NCBI GenBank assembly: GCA_000165345.1
Contig: CM000430.1
Span: 832,001 to 896,000, forward strand
Reading direction: 5' to 3'
DNA length: 64,000 nt
Numbering within the stretch: the stretch's first letter is position 1; the number at the start of each line of letters is the position of its first letter. Of this stretch, positions 1-11,432 are shown piece after piece. The notes under the pieces are model-generated. The model searched no databases and was not told the DNA's origin. It saw nothing but the letters and a program-made list of their open reading frames with translations. Both the position numbers and the translations under genes were made by a program.

Positions 1-731
1 AGAACAAAAACGAGATCAAAAAAAAAAAAAAAAAAAATCAAGCAAGAGATTAAGGTGTAAAATGAACACAGGAATTTATAAACATAAGGTTTTGATTTTT
101 TCTTTGAGAAAATAGTGGATTTATTTACACATTTTTTCTAATAATTAAAAAATTTAAATATATTTGCATGCTTTGCGCGCCAAAATACCTAGTGGTTTGA
201 TAATACTAGTTTAAAATGACAATTTAATAAATGGAATAAAAGTAATAAAAAATGATAATAGACAAAAAATATTTGGAATTATTTGGTTCATAATAAGAAA
301 CTTCAGTAAATAATGAAAAAAATTACTGAAAAAAGAGGACTAAATGAAAGTAAAGAAATAAATATATTATACTAATATTAAAAATTTTAGTATGCATGTA
401 GAATACTGCACACACACAAAATGGCGAAAATTAAAAAAAAAAAATATGAAATAATGGAATTTCACGACATGTACGCTAAATTATAAAAAAAATTGGAAAA
501 CAAGTTTTCAACGAGTTGATTAAGTTATAAACGGAAATATAGTGAAAAAGAGTGTGAGAAGAAATAAAGCTAAAGTTGGAAAATATAGTAAAGAAAGAAA
601 TTAGGTCATTAAGCTTATATTGCTTGCATGCATATATGCATGAAATGTATATGCTGTATAATATATAATAATATTTTGATTGAGAAAATAAATTAAGTTA
701 ATATTGGTGAATAGTTTTTCTAGTAGAATAA

Positions 732-2219
732 ATGTATTTACATAATAAAGAAAGTAATGTTGAAAGGATTAGAATAAATTTTAAAGATGAGCTAGGAGTG
801 GTTGCAACAAATATATTTAAGAGAGCATTTGTTAGTATATTGAAAAAGCATGATAAATTTCATAATGGGATAGTGACAGCAGAAAAATTTTGTAATTCAA
901 TTAAAGAAACAGATGAATGTTTAAGAAAAGAGGATAATATTTGGGGTGTTATAGTGGATTCTGAAGATAAATGTAATGTATCATCCCCTATTATAACCTC
1001 AATAATGAGTTTAGTTCAAATAACAGAGGATAAGTACGTTAACTGTAAGCCTTTATATTTAGATGTTGAGAGAATAGTATCAACAGTATTGGTGAAGAAT
1101 CCATATAACGAGAGTACTATTATGGTAAGTCAAATACAAAGAACGTCTTTAGAAAAGGATCATGTAAAGTACTCAGTAAGATGTCCAAAAATGTTTTTGG
1201 AAGATTTGTATCCACCAGCTTTAGAATCAGCAAATAAATATAGTAATAAAAATAGACAAAATAGCATTTTTGAAATAAATAGAAAAGATTTTTCAGAAGA
1301 GAATGATACAGAAAAACAAGAAGAAAAACTTCCTCAGTTAAGAGCTCTTCCTCCTGATAAATTAGATGATTTCAGAAAGTTATATGCGATGTGGAATAGA
1401 TGTATGTTATCCGATGAAGATTTTATAATACATATGAAGAAGGATATTGGAATAGAACAGATTCCAAGAGAATTTTTGTTACAAGTTGCAAATAAAGGTC
1501 CAAGCAGAACTTTATCTTTTAGAGATGCAATCTGCTCCTTATTTATTAATGATGTTGATTCTTTAAGAAAATATAGACCAGATTTTTTAGTTCCTCAGCC
1601 AAGTAGAATTCCAATTGAAAGTGTTTATAACCCAGTAACACATGAAGATACTATTGATAAAAGCACTCAAAGAATTCTGGAATGCTGTAAAAAAGGTTAT
1701 GGAAAGATATTTAACTCTATTGATTCACTTAATGATGATATGCTTAATGATTTTAAATCATTTGGAAGAAGACATAAACAAAACTCTAGTGAATCTGCCA
1801 TTCTTAAGAAATCTATAGAAATTAATAATCAACTTAGTAACAAAAATGAGATCCAAGTATCTAGTTCTGATATAAGTTCAACTATATCTCCAAATCATTC
1901 AGAAAAACCCAAATTTGATTTTGTTATTAACGATATTGATTCTGATGAAGAGCGTGCGAAAATAAGAGGAAAACAGCTATCCAATTATCATAGATTAACT
2001 GTAACTATGCCTAATACCCTTCAAACTCAGCTTAAAAGATGCGCTGCTGGCGAAACTTCTGGTAATGCCATTAGGCAATACCTTAAATATTATGGTATAC
2101 CTATTTCTGTTTCTATGGATACTCTTCTAAGAAGAAGTGATGAAGATGGATCTGTCTCCTTTACTTCATTAATGAAAGAAGTCTATCATTCTATTAAAAA
2201 CATGCAATCTTCTTTATAG
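732..2219 (+). CDS. hypothetical protein (495 aa), single exon
   Basis: Long ATG-initiated ORF. AT-rich promoter upstream carries TGCATG motifs. I recognise no domain by eye. Confidence 0.6.
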   Translation: MYLHNKESNVERIRINFKDELGVVATNIFKRAFVSILKKHDKFHNGIVTAEKFCNSIKETDECLRKEDNIWGVIVDSEDKCNVSSPIITSIMSLVQITEDKYVNCKPLYLDVERIVSTVLVKNPYNESTIMVSQIQRTSLEKDHVKYSVRCPKMFLEDLYPPALESANKYSNKNRQNSIFEINRKDFSEENDTEKQEEKLPQLRALPPDKLDDFRKLYAMWNRCMLSDEDFIIHMKKDIGIEQIPREFLLQVANKGPSRTLSFRDAICSLFINDVDSLRKYRPDFLVPQPSRIPIESVYNPVTHEDTIDKSTQRILECCKKGYGKIFNSIDSLNDDMLNDFKSFGRRHKQNSSESAILKKSIEINNQLSNKNEIQVSSSDISSTISPNHSEKPKFDFVINDIDSDEERAKIRGKQLSNYHRLTVTMPNTLQTQLKRCAAGETSGNAIRQYLKYYGIPISVSMDTLLRRSDEDGSVSFTSLMKEVYHSIKNMQSSL

Positions 2220-2272
2220 CCAATTTACTATTCTTGCATTACATGCAAGTTACATGTTTAATAATTCGCAGT

Positions 2273-2284
2273 GGCGCCGGCGCC
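2273..2284. promoter_or_regulatory. tandem E2F-like GGCGCCGGCGCC site
   Basis: Lies 140 bp upstream of the 2423 ATG. The GGCGCC family recurs in nearly every 5' region of this window. Confidence 0.5.
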
Positions 2285-2422
2285 AATATGATTTTATATT
2301 TATATTTGTTAATTTACAATAATAGACTTTTAGGCTTATTTGATTAATTTGTGATTACCAACAACTATAGAGTCAATAAGAGATTTTTTTTTGAGTAAGT
2401 ATCTGCGGATTCATTTTGCAGA

Positions 2423-3065
2423 ATGGCAGATCAACAGGATGTGGAGATGGCCCAAAGTGATCATCAAAACGTACCAGATACTATAAATGAACTAGTTTTG
2501 AAGGAAGAGAAAAACATATCAGAAAAATCAAAAATAAAAGAGTATTGTAAATCTGTGCTTGAAAAAGATTTAGATCATTCAATTAATTGTGATATTATTG
2601 ATCAAAGTGAGGTTTCTGAGTTTCGATCACAAGTCAATAAAATGAAAATGTGGCCAAGCTTTGATCATATCTTTAAAGCTGCTAGAAGGGACAATAAATG
2701 GTATCTGAGATCACAGCCTTTAAGAGGTATAAATAAGATTTTATTTGAAGAGCAGAAACTAATTAACATTTCGAAGGTAAGAAATCTGGCCATTATTTGT
2801 TTTTTTTTCTTACTAATTATTTAACTTTATTCTTTCAATTTGAATTATCAACTAGGCAATGTATAAGGGCTTGGCCATCGCCCCAATTCCAGAAGGAGTC
2901 ATTGAAACAGCTGTTCAAACTATTATAAACAGTAATGATGTCCTTCCTGAAATATCTGATTTTGTAAGTTCAACTCCAAATAGTTTATTATGATCCAAAA
3001 CTTATCTTCATTTTCAGACTGTCAAATGTAAAGACTCGAAACACATAAAAACAACATTAAGTTAG
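2423..3065 (+). CDS. small conserved hypothetical protein, 3 exons (2423..2776, 2856..2963, 3018..3065), about 170 aa
   Basis: Exon 1 ORF ends at a GTAAGA donor. Two short introns have canonical GT..AG ends and a T-rich tract before each AG. All junctions are phase 0 and the frame stays open through the TAG at 3063. A tandem GGCGCCGGCGCC motif lies just upstream at 2273..2284. Confidence 0.55.
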
Positions 3066-3409
3066 AAGTTCTTTCTGCTATTATTCTAATATTTAAATAT
3101 ATTATATATAAGTCCATATTTAAAATTTAATAAAACGTATATAAATGTTTTTTATCTATTCTCAATCATTCCCGTTTATTCTTCGTCCAAATTCCTCTAC
3201 AAAAAATTCAACCTTAATGATATTATAGGAAATAGAGATCAGGGAGGGAATATTAAGTGCAAATAAAAACAAAGTACAAACAAAATTTAGGACTACTAAG
3301 CTGCCCCACTAGAACTAAGAAGTATGGAAATACAAATTTGACCAACTTCTAACTTCTCTCTGTAAAAGTATAATTCGGAGTTCTGGTGAAAACGAGCAAA
3401 GCGATAGGC

Positions 3410-4216
3410 TTAACTAGCCAAAGATAAAAACATTGCGGAGCTGTGAGCGAAGTTAATACGCTTAGCAAAAGCATGAGTACCCGGTACCAATAAAGACATG
3501 AAGTAGGAGCTTGACTCAAACTTGAATATTTGGGGGATAGAACTAACATTGAAAGCTAGCTCTCTGAGACCTTTAAAGTTAGAAATGACACATCCTGAAG
3601 ATACATTTTCAATGAAGAGGATCAGATTATATGCTATTAAATCGTTGAATGAAACTTTGTTACCCATCAAAAATTTGTGTTCTGTAGAAGCGAAGGTGTC
3701 ATTCAAAACCTTCAAAGTTTGATAAATATTCTCATTAGTAAGAAGTTTTGAACAAGTCAAAGTCTTTGAGGAATCTAAAATCTTGGTAGTTTTCTTAATG
3801 TAACTCCTAGCAATGGAAGAAAGCTGGATTGAAATTGTATGTAACAACAAATTCTTTGAAAATAGTTCTTTGTTATATGAAAGAATAATATAACTTAAAA
3901 CTGCTTCATCAGTACTGAGGTATTGAACATTCTTTGCAGTATCGCTGATCATTGGAATTGATGGTTGAAGGAATCCAGACTTGATAATTTCTTTGAAAAG
4001 CTTAGCCTGAGATTCTGAATCTTTCTTAAATCTAGTTTCAGTAAATGCAAGACCAGAGTAAACAAGAACAGTTCTAACCAAATGATTGCTATCTAGTTCC
4101 TTAGTTGAATAGAGTGTAATTGGAACAATACTTGCCTTGGCTTTTACTGACTCCACTGAAGTAGAGAAAAGTGCAAGAAAAGCAAAAACTGAAGCTAATA
4201 AACTTATGGACTTCAT
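3410..4216 (-). CDS. secreted protein, N-terminal signal peptide MKSISLLASVFAFLALFSTSVESVKA
   Basis: The ORF-track start at 4222 is a TTG. The first ATG is at 4216 and is followed by a classical signal peptide. I recognise no other domain. Confidence 0.6.
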   Translation of the reverse strand: MKSISLLASVFAFLALFSTSVESVKAKASIVPITLYSTKELDSNHLVRTVLVYSGLAFTETRFKKDSESQAKLFKEIIKSGFLQPSIPMISDTAKNVQYLSTDEAVLSYIILSYNKELFSKNLLLHTISIQLSSIARSYIKKTTKILDSSKTLTCSKLLTNENIYQTLKVLNDTFASTEHKFLMGNKVSFNDLIAYNLILFIENVSSGCVISNFKGLRELAFNVSSIPQIFKFESSSYFMSLLVPGTHAFAKRINFAHSSAMFLSLAS

Positions 4217-4656
4217 ATTCAACTAATTCTTGAATTGAAATTTTTTAAATGAGATAAATTGCAAGAGAATATTTCAAAAATTTCGGTAATAATCCACAGT
4301 TTTATTAGTTACTTCTTCGAGAGAAATAAGATTTCCCGCCTTATAATTTATGAATAGTGGTCTTTATCATTACGTATATTTTGTGAAAAAGATAACTTTG
4401 ATTAATTAGGGTATCTAATTGAACAAAAGACATTAGACTGAAGTATAATGATACTTAATTACTACTATATATTTTTGATGATGATCTACTTTCAAGTAAC
4501 TTTAACTTACTATCTCATGATAATAAATATAAATATGAATGGCGGGAAATGTTTGAAATTAAGTAAGCATGTATAAAAATAATATATAATATAATAAAGA
4601 AGATATTGAAATATTTCCTCGGAAGATCGTTTTACTGTGATTATATTGTTAAATTT

Positions 4657-6045
4657 TTAAAAGTATTCTCCACTACTTCCGCTTTGCTCACTACTATCAT
4701 CTTGACTTTCTGAGGTACTTTGATCTTGAAGATCATCAGTATTTTGGGAATTATCCGTACTATCTTCAGTTTCATAGTATCCATCAGTGCCAGAACTTCC
4801 ACTTTCTTCAGATTTGCTATGTTCGTATCTTGATGATTCCTCATCTGTTTCTGAGAGATTACTACCAACTGAACTTTCAACTTCTTCGTCTTTATCTGAC
4901 TGTGTTCTGTTGGTTGATTCACTCTTGCCAGCTTCTTGACCTTTATCATTAAAGCTTATATGTTCGTTGTCTGTACTATTTGGTTCATTAAGTACAGATA
5001 CAGATTTAAACCTTTTTTTTTCTTTATACTTTCCACCAATTATAGAATCTTTAATGTTTATAGATTCAAAATCCATGAACTCTGATTCAGATAACATACC
5101 AGAAGAACTTTCAGAAGAATCAAATATATCCAGTTTCTCATCAACAATTTCATCTTCAATTACTGAATCTCTACTTTTAATGCTAGACTCAGATTCTTCT
5201 TTAAATAATTCATCAATTGCAACGATTTGACTTTCAGGTGCATTAGTGGAGTAGTCTATTCTTATTTCTCTTGGCTGTGGTTCTATCTGTGGCAATGGCA
5301 TTTTAACATAGTTCATATGCATGGGAAGAACTTTTGGAACTAAGAGTAAAAGTGAATCGTGTTTTAATATAAATTTTTCTGTTTCTTCAATAAGTGGAAT
5401 TTCATTTTCATCGAGGTATTCATCATATGAACTATATGGAAGAATATATTTAACAATTTCTGATTCTTCATCAGATTGAGAAGTTTGATTTTGATCAGCT
5501 GCAAGAGCTGATTTAAAGCTTTCTCCTAAATTAAAGCTATTACCCAAAATACTATCCGCTTCATTTTCGAATTTTGAGGAATAGAAGTCATTGAGCCTTA
5601 ATCCAGAATTGGGTTCTGAACTGGTTTCTTCAGTGAACTTCCGTAGTTCTTCAAGTTCTTCTTTCTTGAAACTTAATGGGTCACTTGCTGTAGCAAGTTT
5701 TCTACATTGTTCTTGATAATTTTTTAATCTTTTTTCAAAAAAAAATTTTACTATTTTATCTTTCATAGTGGCTTTGCCATCCAACATATTACGTACTGAC
5801 TTTTTACATTTTTTTAAATTATAACGTACATTAAATGCAACAGATTTACTTTCAAAAATTTCATCAATCCACGTGATTATCAACTTTTGTTGTTCTTGTT
5901 TCAACCTTCGATGATCCTTACAAATTTTCAAAATATTATATGAAAATTCAGTCATATCTTTCTGTATTTGACCTAGAATCCCCGATCCAGACAACAGGTA
6001 AAATATATAAAGAAAGAATGTTAAGACTTTCCGATTACGGAACAT
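4657..6045 (-). CDS. secreted acidic Ser/Asp/Glu-rich protein (462 aa) with N-terminal signal peptide
   Basis: ATG at 6045 followed by the hydrophobic leader MFRNRKVLTFFLYIFYLLSGSGILG. The C-terminus is low complexity (SESQDDSSEQSGSSGEYF). Confidence 0.6.
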   Translation of the reverse strand: MFRNRKVLTFFLYIFYLLSGSGILGQIQKDMTEFSYNILKICKDHRRLKQEQQKLIITWIDEIFESKSVAFNVRYNLKKCKKSVRNMLDGKATMKDKIVKFFFEKRLKNYQEQCRKLATASDPLSFKKEELEELRKFTEETSSEPNSGLRLNDFYSSKFENEADSILGNSFNLGESFKSALAADQNQTSQSDEESEIVKYILPYSSYDEYLDENEIPLIEETEKFILKHDSLLLLVPKVLPMHMNYVKMPLPQIEPQPREIRIDYSTNAPESQIVAIDELFKEESESSIKSRDSVIEDEIVDEKLDIFDSSESSSGMLSESEFMDFESINIKDSIIGGKYKEKKRFKSVSVLNEPNSTDNEHISFNDKGQEAGKSESTNRTQSDKDEEVESSVGSNLSETDEESSRYEHSKSEESGSSGTDGYYETEDSTDNSQNTDDLQDQSTSESQDDSSEQSGSSGEYF

Positions 6046-6689
6046 TTCTATTTTTCACTTGTCCTAAACCATATGATTTTCTTAACTATTTCAAATAATC
6101 CAAGTTAAACTGTTTAATTCATTCTTTAATAAATGCGTTGTTTACTTCTATAACTTAAACTTTTCTCTTTTTCAACAAATAAATAAATATTGATAGATCA
6201 ATGCATGTGGCGGGAAAAACATGCAGAACACCCCACATTGTAATACTTTCTTACGTGTCATTGTCATGCAATAACTTAAGTCAGGCCTAAAACAAAAACA
6301 AATGGAATTCAAGTTTTAATACAGGGAAAAATACTGTTTGAATAAGTATTAATTTTTAACGAATTGAATTTTGAAAAGTTATTCATAAATACATTAATAG
6401 CTCGAAATAAAGGTTGAGATTTCTATTAAATTGACAAATATAAGAAAACAGAAATAGAATTAATGGTAAAATATAGTAAAGAATATCCTGAGTGTAAGAA
6501 CCAAGTAATAAAGATAATTTTAAATTGAGATATTTAATAATTCAGTTTTTAATTGATTACGCCGCAAAAGACCTTTATTAGTGTATTACACACGGCTTAA
6601 CACACAAATGTGTATTTGAGAAGGGTATGAAATAATTCTGTGAATTAAAAGAACAAAATTACAAAGCAAAAGAGGCTCCAATTAAGGAA

Positions 6690-8927
6690 ATGGAGTCTTC
6701 CAGTAGAGATATTTTAGAACTTGAAGGAATATTGGAACTTTATAATTGGGTTCAAAAGTATGATCAATCAAAGGTACCTACAAAAAGAAGTATATTTCTC
6801 GTAATAAAAAGTAAACTTAATTTAAAAGTAGTAAATAAAAATAGTCTTTCTACACCAAAAGCTATTGGATTGTCAAAAAATGGAAATTCTAAGACCTTCT
6901 TTAAACAAGGTGAAAATTTGAGTGAAAAAAGATACTTTCCAAATAGGTCTCAAAATTACATGGGAGGTTTGATAGGCTCCGGAATATATGGGTCAAGTAT
7001 TGGAAGAAGATCAAGGCCATCAACTCTTTGTTCAATTTATCCAATTTCAGCGTTTTCTAGAATTCATGAGACTCTTTTAGATGCAAGTTACAAGAATAGT
7101 AGAATTTGTGACTATAGCAATTCTTCGGATGGAAATGAAAGCAGTGAAGATTATAGAACTTATATGAATGAAGAAGAACTAAAAGCTGATTATGATTCAA
7201 ACAGTCGATACCAGGAAGCTAAATGTAAAAGTTTGGAAAGAGGATCAGGAAAATCTATTGTAGAAAAAAATATTCAAGTGAGTGAAACAGAGTTTGATGA
7301 AGAAAATTATAATAGTAAATATCGTCACGAAATTGATACAAAGTCTTTGAACCATTTAATAATATACCTCAGGAATATTATCAAGGCACGAATTAGTAGT
7401 CATTACGTAAATGATGGTGAGGATTTAATTAGAGGTAATAACTTTTGTTTTTTAACACTTTGGAAGAAGATTGAAGAACTCACACAACAAAAAGCTAGTG
7501 AATTAAATGAAGAAATGATTGTTTGGCAACAACTTAGAGATGTTTTACTATTAACAGGAATGTCATTAAAGTATCCAACATGGTCTGGAGAACAATTGAC
7601 TAATATAATATCCAGAGTTATTCCAAAAAAAATGTTGAATATAATTATTGAAAATGGTAGAAATAGTCTTCAAACAAATACTGATAAGAATAAAAAATGT
7701 AATCAAGGGTTATCTGAGCTATATTATACTTTCATTGAAAGTTCAAAAACCATTTTTGATTTACTTACTGTAAGTAAACTAATTCAAGAGAGTTTGTCAA
7801 AGTATATAAATACAATTAAAAATTTGAAAGTTGATAAACAATTAACATTTATAATAAGTAAAGAAGCTGTTGATATAGGATTTGAAAATCATCAACTATC
7901 TTCTGAAGAAGAAGATTTCTTAGAGGTGATAACAACATATAGTACTTGTGGAGAATATGGATTTGACGAAGATGATGGATATGCGAGTGTTGTAGAGTCA
8001 GAATATAATGAATTTTCTTCAACTAATAAAGCTTCAGATTTGAATGGAAGAGAATTTAAATTAATTGATTCCCTTGGCCTATTTGTGAATTTGAGCGATG
8101 TAAAAAGGCCATTAATAAATGATTATACTTCTAGTAAAGTTAATAATGGCATTGGGTTTTCAAATAGAACTAATATAGAAAATTCAAATACTACCATTAT
8201 GACATCAACTACTACTACAGTAACCACAGCTAATACTAAAAATGAGAGTAGTAGTAATGGAAAATTCATTCATTCTGATACCGATATCAGTGATTATGAT
8301 GATAGAAAGACTAGTTTTGAGTTTAATATTAGTAATTCAGTACAGCAAATAGGTGAGAATGTTATTAACTTGGGGATTTCAAGGAGGAATCTTCAAGATT
8401 TAGTAAGTGGAACAATAATCAGGAATTCATCATCATCTTCTTCAGTATATATTGAAAAGGAAATATTAATAGGCATGTGCAAAGCTATTGACGATTGTAT
8501 TTACCATTCGAATTCAATTCTAGAACATTGCAATAAAAACAAAGTGGTTAAGGGTAAAAACTCATCAAGACGAACTCTGATGTGGTTTTCTATTTCAATA
8601 ATTATTGTGTTACTTAACATTTTTATTGGAGAATATAATAAGTCAGTTATAGAGTCTATAAAAAGATCAACTACTACTCCTTGCAATCAGAGTTTTGGAT
8701 CAGAAAAAATATCCATTAGGTCACTTAATTCAAAAGATAAGTTAGAGATTTATGATGCAGATAATTCTTACTCTGAAAGCAATTTAAATTTGATCAATGC
8801 ATCCGATTGTATTTTATCTAAAGACAAAAATCAAAGTGGTGTGAATTCTGATATTTGTAATGTGATTGGAGATATTACTGTAATTCAAAAGTGTTTTACA
8901 AATATAAATAAATCTCATAGAAATTAA
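6690..8927 (+). CDS. hypothetical protein (745 aa) with one predicted TM helix near the C-terminus
   Basis: Long ATG ORF. Hydrophobic segment LMWFSISIIIVLLNIFIG. Shares a divergent promoter with the 6045 gene, containing GGCGGGAAA. Confidence 0.6.
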   Translation: MESSSRDILELEGILELYNWVQKYDQSKVPTKRSIFLVIKSKLNLKVVNKNSLSTPKAIGLSKNGNSKTFFKQGENLSEKRYFPNRSQNYMGGLIGSGIYGSSIGRRSRPSTLCSIYPISAFSRIHETLLDASYKNSRICDYSNSSDGNESSEDYRTYMNEEELKADYDSNSRYQEAKCKSLERGSGKSIVEKNIQVSETEFDEENYNSKYRHEIDTKSLNHLIIYLRNIIKARISSHYVNDGEDLIRGNNFCFLTLWKKIEELTQQKASELNEEMIVWQQLRDVLLLTGMSLKYPTWSGEQLTNIISRVIPKKMLNIIIENGRNSLQTNTDKNKKCNQGLSELYYTFIESSKTIFDLLTVSKLIQESLSKYINTIKNLKVDKQLTFIISKEAVDIGFENHQLSSEEEDFLEVITTYSTCGEYGFDEDDGYASVVESEYNEFSSTNKASDLNGREFKLIDSLGLFVNLSDVKRPLINDYTSSKVNNGIGFSNRTNIENSNTTIMTSTTTTVTTANTKNESSSNGKFIHSDTDISDYDDRKTSFEFNISNSVQQIGENVINLGISRRNLQDLVSGTIIRNSSSSSSVYIEKEILIGMCKAIDDCIYHSNSILEHCNKNKVVKGKNSSRRTLMWFSISIIIVLLNIFIGEYNKSVIESIKRSTTTPCNQSFGSEKISIRSLNSKDKLEIYDADNSYSESNLNLINASDCILSKDKNQSGVNSDICNVIGDITVIQKCFTNINKSHRN

Positions 8928-9173
8928 TATAATCTAATTTAAGGCGCCATATACAAATAGCTTCTATAAAAGAAAATTACATGCATGGGGGACAATGCTA
9001 ATTAATTATTGGTGCCCGCCAAGTACCGAAAATTAATGGAAAAATCACTCAAAAAAAAATGTAGTGAAGAATAGAGGGTAATTTAACAATCAAGAAAACC
9101 AATATTATGTAATCGAGCTAAAACAACTGAGAGCTGAATATACTTTTACATACTAATTTATTAATGATTGAAG

Positions 9174-9626
9174 ATGATTCAAGTTGTTTGCATTAGTATC
9201 GTTGATAGAAGTAACCAACCTTTATTTTTTAGAACATTGGAAAATGAATCACTTGATTCACTTCATTTTGCAGTTTATTCTGCATTGGATATCATTGAAA
9301 GAAAGGCCAGCGGTGATGCAATGGAAGGATCTTTGGACCCATATTTGGGTTATTTAGGACCTGCAATTAGTTTAAGTTATGAATATGAAATTTATGGCTT
9401 CCTAAGTTTCTCTCACGTGAAAATTATTGTAGTACTACAAGATCATCCTGAAAATGAAATCGAGCTCCGAAATTTCTTCCACAATGTATATAAAGCTTAC
9501 GTGGATTCTATATGTAATCCTTTTTTATTAAGAACAATAGAAACACCTAAATTAATTGGAAAGATTGATAGGTTAATTTCGAGTGCTCGGGAAGTTAATA
9601 TTCATATAGACAAGGGTCAATCATGA
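9174..9626 (+). CDS. TRAPPC2: TRAPP complex subunit sedlin (TRAPPC2/Trs20-like)
   Basis: Matches the sedlin pattern: IVDRSNQPLFF near the N-terminus, FAVYSALDII, and NFFHNVYKAYVDSICNPF against human NFFTDVYDLYIKFSMNPF. The track start at 9168 is a TTG. The first ATG is at 9174. Confidence 0.75.
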   Translation: MIQVVCISIVDRSNQPLFFRTLENESLDSLHFAVYSALDIIERKASGDAMEGSLDPYLGYLGPAISLSYEYEIYGFLSFSHVKIIVVLQDHPENEIELRNFFHNVYKAYVDSICNPFLLRTIETPKLIGKIDRLISSAREVNIHIDKGQS

Positions 9627-10301
9627 ATAAAGTGAACATATTTTCTTATAGAAATGATAAAATTGAAGATTTATAAAAAAAATATACATTGTAGAAATAT
9701 ACACCTTTTTTTTCTTTCAAATGATCCTGCAGTTTTGTGGGATTTATTATAAGTTTTAGCTTGCTAATTTATAATTTTATAGATAGATAAAAATATATTT
9801 TGTTTATAATGAATCATTAAATGTTTCTATTAAAGCAAATTACTTTGAAGAGACAGTTGGCGCCCATGCAATCAAAATTATTAATATAATGCAAATGTAA
9901 AAAGTTTGGACTTAATATGTTTTCAGGAGCGGTAAAAAGATAAAATATTACAGAAAACAATTCCATAAACACTTTGGTGATAGAAAAGGTAGTGATTAGA
10001 CCTAAATTGAATTATATGCATTTAATTAACTATTCTTTGATCTAATTGCGGTATTTACTAGTTAACTTTTTTAATACAAGTAATATTTAACTCAATTTCG
10101 AGTCCCCACAAATTCGGCGCCAAAAAATCAAATATTAATATATTTATTTTAATGTTTTAGAAGGTAAAAGGCAACATTAGAAATAAAAAGGGAGAAGTAA
10201 AGGGTGAAAATTGCCATAATATATTTCAACCTTCTGTCCTTAAGTATAATTTTAGATAAGGAAGGTATTGTTGGGGTTTTGTAAATTAGGAAGGGGCAAA
10301 T

Positions 10302-11432
10302 ATGGAAATTTTAAATCAAGTTGATATGAGCGTAGTAACAACTACTGCATCAAATTCTGAGTTTGTCGATTATTCAGCTTCAAATAATGCAAAGACATCT
10401 AGAGGTGAAGATAACGATTTGAGTAATTATTTGGAATCAAATAAAGAAAATTTGACATTAGATGAAACAAATATTAATGATTCTGACAATTTGCTATTTG
10501 AAAAGGATTTTCTGAGTGATAATAACAGGGAGAGCTTTTCTGAATATAATGGAAGTGATACAGAAATGGAAGGTTGTGAAGAGTTAGTTATGATGGTTCC
10601 AGATTTAGATTCTACACTTAAGTTTAAACATGATACTGAAAGATTCTTTATGACGTTATCGATCGCAGAGGCCGAATTGGATCTAGCAAAATCAGCCTCT
10701 AGAACATCAAAACTTGCTATGGGAGATGATTTTGATATTAGTAGCCGAGGTGGAACAAATTGTTTAAAAGAAATTAGAAACTATGTAGAAGAGTTGTTGG
10801 ATACTGTCAACGATGTCAGGGACTCTAATTTTGGAATTCAACGTATTGTTGAGGAATGTAATGAGATTTTACAACAAAGTGTTTCTCAAAGTAATCTTTC
10901 TCAGATCGATACTATGGATATGAACACTATCACTGATCAGAATCTAGTTTCTATTGAAAGACTAAAACTTCTTTGTGAAGCAATTTCTGAAGAAAATTCA
11001 AGATTAAAAAAAGAAATTGATATCTTAAATAATGAAAATGAGTTTTTGATTCATAAAGTAGACCATGAAGAGGAGTCTAGCTTACAAGAAGAGAAAAGGC
11101 CTTATAATTATTTTAGGAATAATCCTATCATGAGATTATTCTTTTTTATATTTGTTTTAGCAATGTTTAGTCCTGCTAATATTTCAAATGGTTTCCAGAA
11201 AGCCCAGGTATTCGAACAGCAATCTGGTTTTTCTGAAATTGCTCCAGAATTCCCTGATAGAGACTACAAATTTTCAAAAATCAATACTTTGCAACTACTC
11301 GAGAAGTCTCTTAAAGGACTCAAATTTGAGGATATTTCCTCACAAGGTCATCCAGATACTATTTCTATATGTTCCATTCTGTCTGAGTTGGATGTTTTAG
11401 AAAAATGTTTTACAAGAATCAGACTTTCTTAG
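10302..11432 (+). CDS. hypothetical coiled-coil protein (376 aa) with C-proximal hydrophobic segment
   Basis: ATG ORF. Coiled-coil-like heptads (LKLLCEAISEENSRLKKEIDILNNENEFL) are followed by IMRLFFFIFVLAMFSPANI. The promoter carries two GGCGCC motifs (9859, 10116). Confidence 0.55.
   Translation: MEILNQVDMSVVTTTASNSEFVDYSASNNAKTSRGEDNDLSNYLESNKENLTLDETNINDSDNLLFEKDFLSDNNRESFSEYNGSDTEMEGCEELVMMVPDLDSTLKFKHDTERFFMTLSIAEAELDLAKSASRTSKLAMGDDFDISSRGGTNCLKEIRNYVEELLDTVNDVRDSNFGIQRIVEECNEILQQSVSQSNLSQIDTMDMNTITDQNLVSIERLKLLCEAISEENSRLKKEIDILNNENEFLIHKVDHEEESSLQEEKRPYNYFRNNPIMRLFFFIFVLAMFSPANISNGFQKAQVFEQQSGFSEIAPEFPDRDYKFSKINTLQLLEKSLKGLKFEDISSQGHPDTISICSILSELDVLEKCFTRIRLS

Noticed and set aside
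3349-3722. Small ORFs 3349..3549(-) and 3522..3722(+)
   Set aside because: Both overlap the 3410..4216 secreted-protein CDS in other frames and have no start-context or motif support.
4217-4222. ORF-track starts at 4222, 9168, 15168, 17220, 30724 and near 61928
   Set aside because: These positions are TTG or GTG codons reported by a permissive ORF finder. A eukaryotic nuclear gene should start at the first ATG, so starts were moved to 4216, 9174, 15114, 17265, 30757 and 61937 respectively.
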